This document shows positions 11,041 through 22,380 of a stretch of DNA of 64,000 nt, piece by piece (the first letter of the stretch is position 1; each line of letters starts with the position of its first letter). Source of the DNA: Leucoraja ocellata (taxonomy: Eukaryota); assembly GCA_036785375.1 (NCBI GenBank), contig JAWMAR010000531.1, positions 1,054,001 to 1,118,000 of the forward strand, in the 5' to 3' direction. Below the pieces are notes generated by a model, which saw nothing but the letters and a program-made list of their open reading frames with translations, ran no database searches and was not told the origin of the DNA. The translations under genes and the position numbers were made by a program.

Positions 11041-12860
11041 GAAGTAAGCCACTTGTGTACACAGCAGCGGTGTCCAAGCCAGGATCCAAGGGAGTGATTT
11101 CTCATCCAATATGCTTTTGCCATTTGGAATGCTCTGTAGCGTCTGAATGAGCACCGCAGTCATGGTAAGTCAATATCTAATGTTAGTAAGCTTCTCTCTG
11201 TCTCGCAAAGAGAGATACACTATAGCCAGAGCAGACATATTTTCCCCCAAAGCTTTAGCATGACGAGTAGAACAGTTCTACTGTCCTATCCTCTGCCTCT
11301 GTTTCCAAAACCAGGAATCATTTAATCTCTTTCAAAGCCCGTGTGTTCCCGCAACGTCAATAAAACGCGTTGCTCCTGAAAAAGGTTAAAACTGATATTT
11401 ACTCCAATGCCTTCAGGAAATAATTGAACCAAAATTAATCACATTATCCATCAATACGTCAAATTTGAATCACCATTGATAGCAAGGTATTTGTCACACA
11501 TCTCTAATTAACCATAAGATTGCGATTGGATGCTTATTGAATCACTGAAGTCTTCTGGGGACCGGACCCCAATTCTGTTATTGAAAAGGGATTTCCAGGA
11601 CACAGGCCCAGCAATCAAAAAACATTGAACGTGGCCCATGGCTTGATAGCACCAGTGCTGGTCCCATGCACACAATTTGCTCTCAGCCTGAATGGCGTTG
11701 TCCGTTTGTCCTGTGAAAGCAATTGCAATGCATTTAGTATACGCAAACAGTGTCTTCGTAATTCATTGTTACTTGCAGCGAGTGAACATACAGAATGGGG
11801 CAAAGTGTCAAATAAAGTGGATTATTTTGCTGTGAATGAAGTTCAATTACTTGATTGCTGTCGGAGCTGCACACATCCAGGTAAACTGAAAGCATTTCAG
11901 AAATACTAAGCAGTATTTAAAAAAATCGGAAACAACGCTTGAGACATTGAGGCCTCTGCTTGGCTTGTTTACAAGTCACCGATCTGAGGACTTTATATGT
12001 GAGAGTTTTAATTGTACAGGCACATTCGTGGAAAGGACCGCTCTCTTTTGATTAATTGTCAGCCGTATTGTAAGAGTTCAAATAAGAAAATGCTGATATT
12101 TTTCGGTTCTTTAGGCTGTATTTTCGTGTTGATATGCTTTAGCATTGATTCACACGGTGCTGTAGCAATCCTTAATATGAAAAGAGGCTTTCGCTATAAA
12201 TAGAGCGATTGGTTCGCAGTAAGAAATGTGCGCGCGTCATATCAAGCCACGCTGTTCACATCTAAATATAATTCCATATATCGAATGAAGGTTGACAGAA
12301 TCTATACCATGGCAATCCAAACAAGTACAGACTCACTTCACCTTTTTAACGGATAAAGCTACCTTGGCGATGAAATATATTTCTCAATTTCCTTCTCAAT
12401 TTCGCGTGCAGTTTAGTTTCACGAGCAAAGTCAGTGAACCTGAACTAACCTTGGGTGCGACGAGCAAACATGGTTTCCAAAAATAACTCAAAAATCTTTA
12501 CATTGGTTTTGACAGTGACTTGCGTAGTCAGTAAGTTGGCCAGAATTGGCACCGAGATTTAAAAAAAATCATACATAATTTGCAGTCAATTGCAAATTCG
12601 CGTTCAGACATCTCCTAGTCGCTATCTTCATCATAATATTCACCAGTTCATATACAATATGCAATTAAAGGGATGAAGGAACAAGTCCCGCGCAGTAGGA
12701 TGACACAGTGAGATCAGATTAATCAGTACTGGATATGATGAGTTACTTCCATGAATATAATTTATTTTAACACACACTCTCTGCAACCACACAGAAAAGG
12801 ATTCAAACTAAATGCAAAACCAGAATTGAATGTCCCGTTTCAAATAACACAAAATCTCCA

Positions 12861-12996
12861 GTTGTAGGAAGGAACTGCAGATGCTGGTTTACACCGAAGA
12901 TAAGCACACATTGCTGGATTTTAGATGGAATAGGTGACGTTTCGGGTAGCGACCCTTCTTCATACCGAGAGTCACGGGAGAGGGAAATAGAGATAT
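12861..12996 (-). mobile_element. Penelope terminal-repeat fragment with mutated hammerhead core upstream of the promoter (also at ~23390, ~33660, ~44020, ~54590)
   Basis: Minus strand reads GGT-ATGAAGA-A-GGGT-CGCT-ACCC-GAAAC-GTC-ACC at 12966-12933. Confidence 0.7.
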
Positions 12997-13123
12997 CAAA
13001 ACAGAATATCTTACGTGCTTGGAAATATATTAAATTGTACCGAGATACATAATTGGAAACTAAATCCATATCTACCTAACATTTCGGAAATAATTTGACA
13101 CAGGAACAATCTGGCAACATTTG

Positions 13124-13205
13124 ATTGGCGCAGCATCCATTCTGATTTGAGTGTTTTGCATAATTATGGAAGGCAGTGACGCCTCGCAACAGGGTTCATA
13201 AGCGA
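13124..13205 (+). promoter_or_regulatory. IgL cluster 2 promoter: ATTGG, variant octamer TTTTGCAT (13154-13161), GTGACGCCTC, TTCATAAG
   Basis: Same motif order as the cluster 1 promoter; repeated at 23652-23733, 33922-34003, 44283-44364, 54854-54935. Confidence 0.65.
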
Positions 13206-13262
13206 CCTGGAGAGACACCTGATCAACCACTTCATCTGGCGCCCTCCACCAAAATAATTACA

Positions 13263-13311
13263 ATGTCTTGCTGGATGTCACTGGTTTGTGTGTTAGCATT
13301 TTCCGCAGCGT
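13263..13311 (+). CDS. IgL cluster 2 exon 1, leader (MSCWMSLVCVLAFSAA)
   Basis: ATG, hydrophobic 49-nt exon, donor GTGAGT. Confidence 0.85.
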
Positions 13312-13434
13312 GTGAGTATTTTACTTCCAATGTTATTTATTCTGGAGTGCGATTAAACGTTTAGATATCTGACACTTCTGCTGTTTCGCGAATATATTGA
13401 TAAATGTTGTATTTTTTTCTGGTTTGTTTTCCAG

Positions 13435-13779
13435 GCATAAATGCGCAAATTACACTAAATCAGCCGTCTTCAAAATCCACGTCTCCGGGGCAAAACGCGC
13501 TAATTTCCTGTATCTTGACTGGCGGCAGTTTAGGTAGTAATTATGTTTCCTGGCACCAACAGATTCCCGGAGCGGTTCCGCGGTTTCTGTTCTACTATAA
13601 CTCGGGCAACAGCATTGTTAGAGGTTCGGGAGTTTCTGACCGTTTCGCGGGATCAGTGTCAGGCAACACTGCAACATTGACAATAGCGAATGTGCAGTTG
13701 GGGGATGCTGCGGACTACTACTGTGCTGTGTGGATAAATGCTTTAATCTTCGGCAAAGGAACGAGGCTGGGTATTGGCG
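13435..13779 (+). CDS. IgL cluster 2 exon 2, germline-joined VJ
   Basis: TTTTCCAG acceptor; QITLNQP...C...WHQQ...DAADYYCAVWINALIFGKGTRL; donor GTAAGT. Confidence 0.93.
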
Positions 13780-14074
13780 GTAAGTAAACTATCTTCTACC
13801 TATGGGTTATTGATACTGCTGTGAAAAATAATTAGTTTTTTGTCGCTAATTGATGTTTCCAATAAAAGGCTTTTAAAGCTGATTTTTTAAATAATACCCG
13901 ACCTAGATCGAATCTCCTTTGGCAAATTGGTTGACAACAGCAATGAAAGGACGAAATGACTGTCCAGCTGTTTTTTTAATTCTTAATTACTATTCGGACG
14001 ATGAGCTAACATTGTCCAAGCCAGGGTACTAATAAAACCGACCGTATGGAAACGGGAATTAACATTAGAGTGAC

Positions 14075-14248
14075 AAGGAACTGCAGATGCTGATTTACAA
14101 CAAAAACACCCCAAAAAGCACTAGAGTGCCTCAGTGGGTCAGGCAGCATCTCTGGTGAACATAGATTGGCGACGACCCGAAACGCCTCATTCATCTTCTC
14201 CAGAGAAGCTCCCGAACCGCTAAGTTAATCCATCACGTTGTGCATCTT
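14075..14248. mobile_element. Head-to-head (inverted) pair of Penelope terminal-repeat fragments in the J-C intron, present in clusters 2-6
   Basis: GGTCAGGCAGCATCTCTGGTGAA (minus copy) faces TTCTCCAGAGAAGCTCCCGAACC (plus copy); junction at GACG/ACCCGAAACG. Confidence 0.6.
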
Positions 14249-14455
14249 TCGGGAAATTATTTCTTGCCTTTAATGGCGCCTAGAATTCTAATGGAAAACG
14301 CACCTTCAATAATAGCTCATTTTCTCTTGATATTCCATCACGAAATGTAAAATGTGGGGATTCTGCGGATCACTAGACCCTGATAGACTTTTCCCAACAT
14401 CGTGAACATGGAGAAATGTGGATTCTTGAAAATTATTGGTTCTCATCCAAGAATC

Positions 14456-14560
14456 GGCACGGTGGCGCAGCGGTTTAGCGCTGTAACCCAGTCGGTTCCA
14501 TCCCGACTACGGGTGCTGTCTGCACGGAGTTTGTTCGTTCTCCCCGTGACTGCATGTGGT
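14456..14560 (+). mobile_element. HE1-type tRNA-derived SINE 5' fragment in the J-C intron (also 24974, 35241, 45605, 56176)
   Basis: GGCACGGTGGCGCAGCGG (A-box), GGTTCCATCCC (B-box variant), GACTACGGGTGCTGTCTG..GGAGTTTG..CGTTCTCCCCGTGAC. Confidence 0.7.
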
Positions 14561-15716
14561 ACAAATAAATTAAATCCTATTTCGAGAGGACTAACTGCCA
14601 CATTTATCCTTGTCCTCTTTTATACTTTTAAAACTGCTTAAATATTGCTTGTATACTTTTTTTGTAAGTGCTGAAGAATGTCATGGCCAATATTTAGCCG
14701 GGATAAACATCGGACGCAAACAATAACGCGGTGCGAGGTTTAGTGCAGCGACATTGGATTTGAAATCATCCATCGTTATGAATCTATGTTGTTGTTTTTA
14801 ATTTTTTATGCTTTAAAATCTTTGTTTAATTGTATCACCCGGACATATTCAAAGTCAATGTATGCTGCCAATTTACTGCTAATGCGATATTGAATTCATT
14901 TCGTGATTTTGAAATTCCGGTACTTATGAGTTTTGTTGCCAGATCTAATTGTCATTACACTTAGAGCATGCGGATTCTGGAATCAATGGGACAGCGATTA
15001 TTTCAATTTTAGACGAAAAATAACTGAAAATGTGAAAGCAATTTGCGCATTGAATTTCCCAACCACATCAGTAATCAGCAAGTGATTAAAGTCGATTTAC
15101 TCTTTTTGCCATTGAGTGTACGGAGTGATATTCGATGATCAAATTCAGAAATTGAGCTAATTTTTTACTTCAAAAAGAAGACACAACATAAACGTAAACC
15201 ATGTCCAAAATCAATTAAAAAATGCGGGAACTAGTCTATGCATCGATGGGTTAAATGGCAAATTATTCGTGTCTCTTTTATCGAATCCTTCATGACACTT
15301 CGTTCTTTGGCCTTAATAAATGAAAGTATCCAAATAAGACATGTTTTAAGCGAGTTCAGTTGAAATTGGCACAATAGTTCCATAATTTATTAAATCCTGC
15401 AAATGGCTGTCGGGTCCAACACACGATTTTTATTTCAACTGGGGCCAATGGAAATAATACTCTGGAGATCAATTAAAAACACTGACGAAATAATTTATGT
15501 TTAACCACAAAATAGAACGTGTCCCGTTGTCATAAATACCAATTAATCTTCGGCGATCACACATGTAAAATATCTCACGTGCGCAATTGAACAATTTGAA
15601 ACAAGTAGAGGAAAAATGTTTATTCATTAAAATTAATGGATCCATGGTATTTTTAACTATGTTTTAACCGAAGCAGTTCTTCAACCTCCACTAATCTGTG
15701 ATATTATTTTAAACAG

Positions 15717-16039
15717 CACCTCGCGCCCCCGCAATGTCCGTCCTCGGACCTTCAGCGGAAGAAATCAAGGGAAAGGGCACGGCCACCCTGCTGTGTTTGG
15801 TGAGCGGGTTTAATCCGGGTGCAGTGGCCATTGAGTGGACCGTGGAGGGCAGTGCGAGAAGTGACGGCGTTGAGACCAGCCCAATCCAGCAGGAGAAGGA
15901 CAACACGTTCAGTGCGAGCAGTTACCTGACTCTGCCAGTCACAGTCTGGAACTCAAACGATCTTTACTCTTGTGTGGTTAAACACGAAACCCAGGCAATC
16001 CCGCTTAAGGCAGACATCACCAGAACCGGCTGTATCTAA
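15717..16039 (+). CDS. IgL cluster 2 exon 3, constant region
   Basis: TTTTAAACAG acceptor, phase 1; PRAPAMSVLGPS...ATLLCLVSGF...YSCVVKHE...TGCI stop; AATAAA at 16337. Confidence 0.93.
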
Positions 16040-16668
16040 AACTCCTCAATTCCACCTAATGGAGCTGAAGTGATATATTTTGATCCTTCTTTCTTTCTAT
16101 ATTTGTGAGAAATTGGTCTGGGCATATTGTTTGTTTTTCGACCAGTCTTTGCGTTTAAAATCGTCGTTTGTCTTGCCAATTGTGAACGCCATTAAAGCAA
16201 TCAAATTGTTAATTGAACCTCCTATGTTATTCAATCTCAGCTGATGCGTCTTTAAATATTCATTAATATTCAGTGGTCTGAAGGTTGTATTCTGGATGTT
16301 TGCTTACTGCTATCATAAATTCAAACACGACTGTCAAATAAAATCAATAGTCCATTATTAAGAGCAATACATTTCCGTGACTATTATTTATGGTTTTTGA
16401 CCTAATAGACGAAACAGCGATTTAGGTTGTCGAAAGTTATATAAAACCGGTGACTTTGAGTTGGTTCACTTTAACCAGCGCTCGCCCATAGGTAGCAGAA
16501 ACACACACACACACGTTCATATGGAATCTCATTCGAGTGAGGGCGGCTGAACATCATATACCGGCCTACTAATCAATTAGGAATCTATGTCGAACATGAT
16601 GCTAAAACTAAAGAAACATCTCCGACACCTCCCTCCCCTTTCCTGATCTCAATCTCTATCACAGGAGA

Positions 16669-17645
16669 GAGAATTATTTGGATGAGGGAATTGAATGCAA
16701 AATCTCCAAGTTTGCGGATGACACGAAGCTGGGGGGCAGTGTTAGCTGTGAGGAGGATGCTAGGAGGCTGCAAGGTGACTTGGATAGGTTGGGTGAGTGG
16801 GCAAATGCATGGCAGATGCAGTATAATGTGGATAAATGTGAGGTTATCCACTTTGGTGGCAAAACAGGAAAGTAAACTATTATCTGAATGGTGGCCGATT
16901 AGGAAAAGGGGAGATGCAACGAGATCTGGGTGTCATGGTACACCAGTCATTGAAAGTAGGAATACAGGTGCAGCAGGCAGCGAAGAAAGCAAATGGTATG
17001 TTAGCGTTCATAGCAAAAGGATTTGAGTATAAGAGCAGGGAGGTTCTACTGCAGTTGTACAGGGTCTTGGTGAGACCACACCTCGAGTATTGCGTACAGT
17101 CTTGGTCTCCTAATCTGAGGAAAGACATTCTTGCCATAGAGGGAGTACAGAGAAGGCTCACCAGACTAATTCCTGGGATGGCAGGACTTTCACATGAAGA
17201 AAGACTGGATAGACTCGGCTTGTACACGCTAGAATTTAGAAGATTGAGGGGGGATCTTATAGAAACTTACAAAATTCTTAAGGGGTTGGACAAGCATGAT
17301 GCAGGAAGATTATTCCCGATGTTGGAGAAGTCCAGAACTAGGGGTCACAGTTTAAGGATAAGAGGGAAGTATTTTAGGACCGAGATGAGAAAATCATTTT
17401 TTACACTGAGAGTGGTGAATCTGTGGAATTCTCTGCCACAAAAGGTAGTTGAGGCCAGTTCAATGGCTATATTGAGGGAGTTAGATGTGGCTCTTGTGGC
17501 TAAAGAGATCAGGGGGGTATGGAGAGAAGGCAGGGATGGGATACTGAGATGGATTATAAGCCATGATCATAATGAATGGCGGTGCAGGTTCGAAGGGCCG
17601 AATGGCCTACTCCTGCACCTATTTTCTATGCTTCTATGTTTCTAT
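16669..17645 (+). mobile_element. 5'-truncated CR1 LINE (CR1-A) inserted into a Penelope fragment
   Basis: SKFADDTKLGG...VRPHLEYC...RRLRGDLIETYKI; (TTCTATG)n tail; flanked by GAGA; empty site at 58480. Confidence 0.88.
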
Positions 17646-18320
17646 GAGATAGACCACCGACTGACGTGTATTACAAACCCACTGACTCCCATAACTATCT
17701 CGGCTACACTACTTCCCACCCGGCTTCCTGCAAAGACTATCCCTCACTCCCAATTCGTCCGTCTGCACCGCATCTGCGCACAAGGTGAGGTGTTCCATAC
17801 ATGGACATCCGAGATGTCCTCATTCTTTAGTGAACGGGGGTCCCCTTCCCCATCATAGATGATGCCCTCACCCGTGTCTCCTCAGTACCCGCAGCTCCGC
17901 CCTTGTTCCCCTTCCCCCCAGTCGCAACAGAGACAGAGTTCCCCTGGTCCTTAAATTTGACCCCATCAGACGTCGCATACACCACATAATCCTCCAATAT
18001 TTTCGCCACCTCCAATGGGATCCCGACACTAGTCACATCTTTCCATGTCCACCCTTTTCCGCCTTCCACAGAGATCCTCAGCAACTCCCTGGGTAACTCA
18101 TTCCTTCCCATCCAAATCACCGTCTCCTCCATTGGCAGAGTGAGGCGAAATGCAAATTGGAGGAACAGCATCTCATATTCGCTGGGCAGCCTACAGCCAA
18201 GTGGAATGAATGTTGATTTAAGTAACATCAAGTAATCCTGACATTCCCTCTCTCTCTATCCCTCCCCCACCCAAGTCACACCAGCTCCTCGTCTTCACCC
18301 AATGATCAGCTAACAACGGG
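17646..18320 (+). mobile_element. Penelope-like fragment with internal GIY-YIG deletion (its 5' stub is at ~16615-16668); repeated in each internal spacer
   Basis: GACTGACGT.TATTACAAACCCACTGACTCC and GGAGGAACAGCATCTCATATT match the element at 8790-10094. Confidence 0.8.
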
Positions 18321-18427
18321 GTTAAGAAGGAGAGACAAATCAACCATGATTGAATGGTGGGTTGAAGATGGGTCGTGGCGTAATTCTACTATTCCTTACG
18401 ACCTTATGACCTTATCACTGGTCCGCG

Positions 18428-19556
18428 CGGTAGGGATTAACGGGCCCCTTTCAGGCTGGCAGGAAGTGACGAGTGGGGTGCCGCGAGGCTCGGTGCTGGG
18501 ACCGCAGCTATTTACAATATATGTTAATGATTTAGATGGAGGGATTAAAAGTAACATTAGCAAATTGCAGATGATACAAAGCTGGGTGGCGGTGTAAAAT
18601 GTGAAGTGGATGTTCTGAGAATGCATGCGGTTTAATGTGAATAAATGTGAGGTTACCCAATTAGGTAGCAAGAACAGAAAGTAAGATTATTATGTAAATG
18701 GTGTCAATTTGGGAAAAGGGGAAGTACTACGGGATCTGGGGATCTTTGTTCATCAATCAATGAAAGCAAGCAAGTCTGAAGAAGGGGTTCGGCCCGAAAC
18801 GTTGCCTATTTCCTTCGCTCCATAGATGCTGCTGCACCCGCTGAGTTTCTCCAGCTTTTTTGTGTAACCAATGAAAGCAAGCATGCAGGTACAGAAGGCA
18901 GTGAAGGAAGCGAATGGCATGGTGGCCTTCATAACAAGAGGAGTTGAGTAAAAGAGCAAAGATTTCCTTCTGCAGTTGTACAAGGCTGTAGTGAGACCAC
19001 ACCTGGAGGATTGTGTGCAGGTTTGATCTTCAAATTTGAGGAAGCACATTCTTGCTATTGAGGGTGTGCCGCGTAGGTTCACAAGGTTAATTCCAGGGAT
19101 GGCGCGACTGTCATTTGCTGAGAGAATGGAGCGGCTGGGCTTGTCTACTCTGGAATTTAAAGGATGAGAGGGGATCTTATTGAGACATATAGGATTATTA
19201 AGGGTTTGCACACGCTAGAGGCAGGAAATATGTTCCCGATGTTGGGGGAGTCCAGAACCAGGGGCCACAGTTTAAGAATAAGGGGTAAGCAATTTAGAAC
19301 GGAGATGGGGAAACACTTTTTCACACTGAGAGTTGCGAGTCTGTGGAATTCTCTGCCTCAGGTGGAGGCCGCTTCTCTGGAAACTTTCAAGAAATTGCTC
19401 GATAGGGCTTTTGAAGATAGCGGAGTCAGGGGGGATATGGGGAGAAGGCAGAAACAGGGTACTGATTGTGGATGATCATCCATGATCACATTGAATGGCC
19501 GTGCTGGCTTGAAGGGCCGTGTGGCCTACGCCTGCACCTATTGTCTATTGTCTATT
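18428..19556 (+). mobile_element. 5'-truncated CR1 LINE (CR1-B)
   Basis: VTSGVPRGSVLGPQLFTIYVNDLD, MRGDLIETYRII; (CTATTGT)n tail. Confidence 0.85.
18773..18868 (+). mobile_element. 96-bp Penelope-derived insertion with a minimal hammerhead motif and a 15-bp target-site duplication
   Basis: CAATGAAAGCAAGCA at 18758-18772 and 18869-18883; absent from the paralogous sites at ~29341, ~39483, ~49909. Confidence 0.85.
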
Positions 19557-22380
19557 ACACAGCCATGCCTATCGCTAACTAGCTCATTCTCCTTCAAATG
19601 GGAGTAAATCTCAATGAATTATCTCCAATAGTTTCCTACCACTGACGTGCGTCTCTCCGGCCTCTATTTCCCTGGATTCTTTCTACGTCTCAATCAACAA
19701 AGGAACAACTGGTCATTTCCCAGTCCTCTATATGCTCGCCTCTGGCAAGAGAAGAAGCAAATATTCTCAAGACCCCTGGAATCACCTCTCGCCTCCCTCA
19801 ATAAACTGGGATAGATACCAACGGGTGCAGGGGACCTATCCAACTCAATGTTCCTCAAAAGCCTCACTGCCGCTCTTTTCAACCTCAAGCCCCAGCATAT
19901 GTGCCCTAGCATATTAGTTTTCTCCACACTGATCTCACCGTCATCCACGTCTTTCTCCTTGGTGAATACAGATGCAGAACGCACTCGTTTAACAATTCCG
20001 CTACATCCTTTATCCTTGATCAGACCTACCGTATCCTTACACCCTTCTTGTTTTTTAACATATGTATAAAAATCCGCAGTATTTTCCTTAACTCAACAAA
20101 TCAGTTACATTTCGTGACCAGTTTGGCCCGACTAATCACCCAGTTGAGCTCTTTGCTACTCATCATTCCTCATAATCCCCGTATGATGGCACTTTGTTAA
20201 ATCTGACATACGCTTCCGTTTTGTTTCTGAAAAGGTGGATAACCTCCGTGGTCATTCACGGATCCCTTACCATGCCATCGTTATCCATCCTCCTTACTGG
20301 AACGTGCTGATCCTGTACTTGGTTAAATAACTCCCATATATTAGTTGTGGACATACTCAATAACAACTGCAACCAAGCTCCTGCCTAATGACATCTTAAT
20401 CTGTTTTGCTTCTGCCAACATCCACACCAAATCTTTATTCAAACCTTATTCAAAACCTTGTAATGTTGAGGTCACTATCCCCAAGTGCTCTTCCAGCATA
20501 CCACCAGTCACGTAGCCAAGCACATTTCCCAACACAAGCTCCAGTATCGTCCCTCCTGGATTCAGACTATCCATACACCGTTTAAAGCAAATTTATTGGA
20601 TATACTTCATAAATTCTGTCTCATTTAACCCCCTTGCACTGAACAAAATACAGTCAATACTGGGGAAGTTAACGATACCCACTACAGCAACACTGTAGTC
20701 CATGCATCTGTATGCATATCCGATCCATCTATTAGATTCGATTAGATTAGATTAGACCTAATCTAATAGATGGACGGATGGATCTCCCGCTGATTATTGG
20801 GTGTCCCATAATATAATCCCATTAGAGAGACTGGTCCTTTCTTATTTTTAAGCACAACCCACATGTCTCAATAGATGTACCCTCCAGTACGTCCCCTCTG
20901 AGTTCCGCCATCCCAAATATCGAAGCCCTGATACATGTCTCTCCCATAAGAAGGTTTTCATAATGGCCACGACATTATTATTCCAAGCACTGATATCGAC
21001 TATCTACGTTCATTTAACTTCATCCACAATACTCCTTGCATTGAAGTAAACATGTCATCCCTTAATTGCCCCATAATCATGAACCAATCCCTGCCCATCT
21101 TTCCTTTGAGACTTACTTGTTATAACCTCCACTTTCCCATCATCCTTCCCACTTGCAGACTTGCTCCTTTCCTTCCCATTCTTTGTCCATTGTAGCTTAA
21201 ATTCTCCAGGTTAGTACAAGCAACCTTCACTGAAAAGATTTTGGAGCCCCTTCAGTTCAAATGCAACGTGTCCCTCTTGTGCAGGTTGCCTTTGCGATAA
21301 CAGAAATCTCAATGGTCTACAATTCGAATCATTTCCCCTGCACCAACCCCTCAGCCATGCATTCATCTGTCCCATCCTCCTATTGCTACACTCAATAACA
21401 CGTGGCGACTGTAGTAATCTAGAGATGGTAATTTAAACCTTTTAGCTAATTCCCATTAGACACTCCGCAGGACCTCATTGCTCTTCGGTACATTTTGCTG
21501 ATCTACTTATATTCACCCCAGAGGACCCCATCCATTTTCCTAACTCTTTTCCCATCTCTTTATACTGACTCTATAGGACCTCATCCAGTTTCCTACATAT
21601 CATTTGTGCGGACATGCACAACGACTTCTGTCTGTTCACCCACCAGGTCGAAAATGCTCTGCAGTCGTTCCAGGACATTCTAGATCCTTGCACCAGAGAG
21701 GCAACAGTCCGTCCATGAGGCCTACTTGCTCCTGTCTGTCCCCCGCACTAATGTGGTTTATCACAATCACTGCCTGACTTCACACCGCTGCACATCAGAG
21801 ACAGGCCCAGTGCCGCAGACCTGACTACTGCTGCTGTCCCCTGAACGGTTACCCCCTCAACTGAAGCAAACGAACATAGCTGTTTTGCAGGGGGAAGCCT
21901 ACAGGGGACTCCTGGACCCTCTGCCTACTCCCTTTGCTGCTGATCACTCTTCTATTCTTTGTCCGCACCACACGTGTGAGCACCTCACTATGACTTCTAA
22001 CTATGACTTGCTCACTCTCTGGACGAACACGAGGTCATCCAATTGGAACTGCAGATCACTAACAGGGTCTTTCAGGAGCTGCTCCTCGACACACCTCCTG
22101 CAGATGTAATGTTCAGAGACGCTACGTCTTCTTCAGTTCCAACATCCCACAGGCTGAGCACACTAGCCTCCATCTCTATGACACCAAGACCAGGTTGTGT
22201 TGCAAAGCAAACATAAAGTGACAGAACAAACCGTATCCTAAGATAACCCTCACAGGAGCCTCTTGAGCTTAAGCCTCAATAAACCAATCTTACTATATAT
22301 GGCCGCTCCATTAATGTTTACCTTCATTTTATTTGCAATAGTTATTTAGCCAAATAACCAAGTGTGACACTTGCCTGCAA
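19557..22380 (-). mobile_element. Decayed CR1 LINE (CR1-C), 5' part: UTR, ORF1 esterase, APE and start of RT
   Basis: Minus strand has PGN.RP...TSVVG-like (~19635-19680), ASVFTKEKD, VVVHV.TND (~21595-21625); many stops. Confidence 0.75.

Noticed and set aside
12704-12710. Perfect heptamer CACAGTG upstream of each array V (also 1467, and CACTGTG at 785), next to a deletion breakpoint in copies 3 and 5
   Set aside because: No acceptable nonamer at 12 or 23 nt; the deletion is explained by GTAG microhomology and does not end at the heptamer edge
13176-13364. Repeated short ORFs conserved across units (MTPRNRVH..., MNMEKCGF..., MLIYLYSP..., MQGEAYRG...)
   Set aside because: Conservation reflects recent duplication; they read through promoter/leader, SINE or antisense CR1 sequence
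14458-14464. CACGGTG in the J-C intron as a possible RSS, or the region as a tRNA gene
   Set aside because: It is the head of an HE1-type SINE; no nonamer and no complete cloverleaf
16914-17858. 314-aa CR1-Penelope fusion ORF (also 48198-49142)
   Set aside because: Chance read-through from a truncated CR1 3' end into the interrupted Penelope fragment; broken in the other two copies
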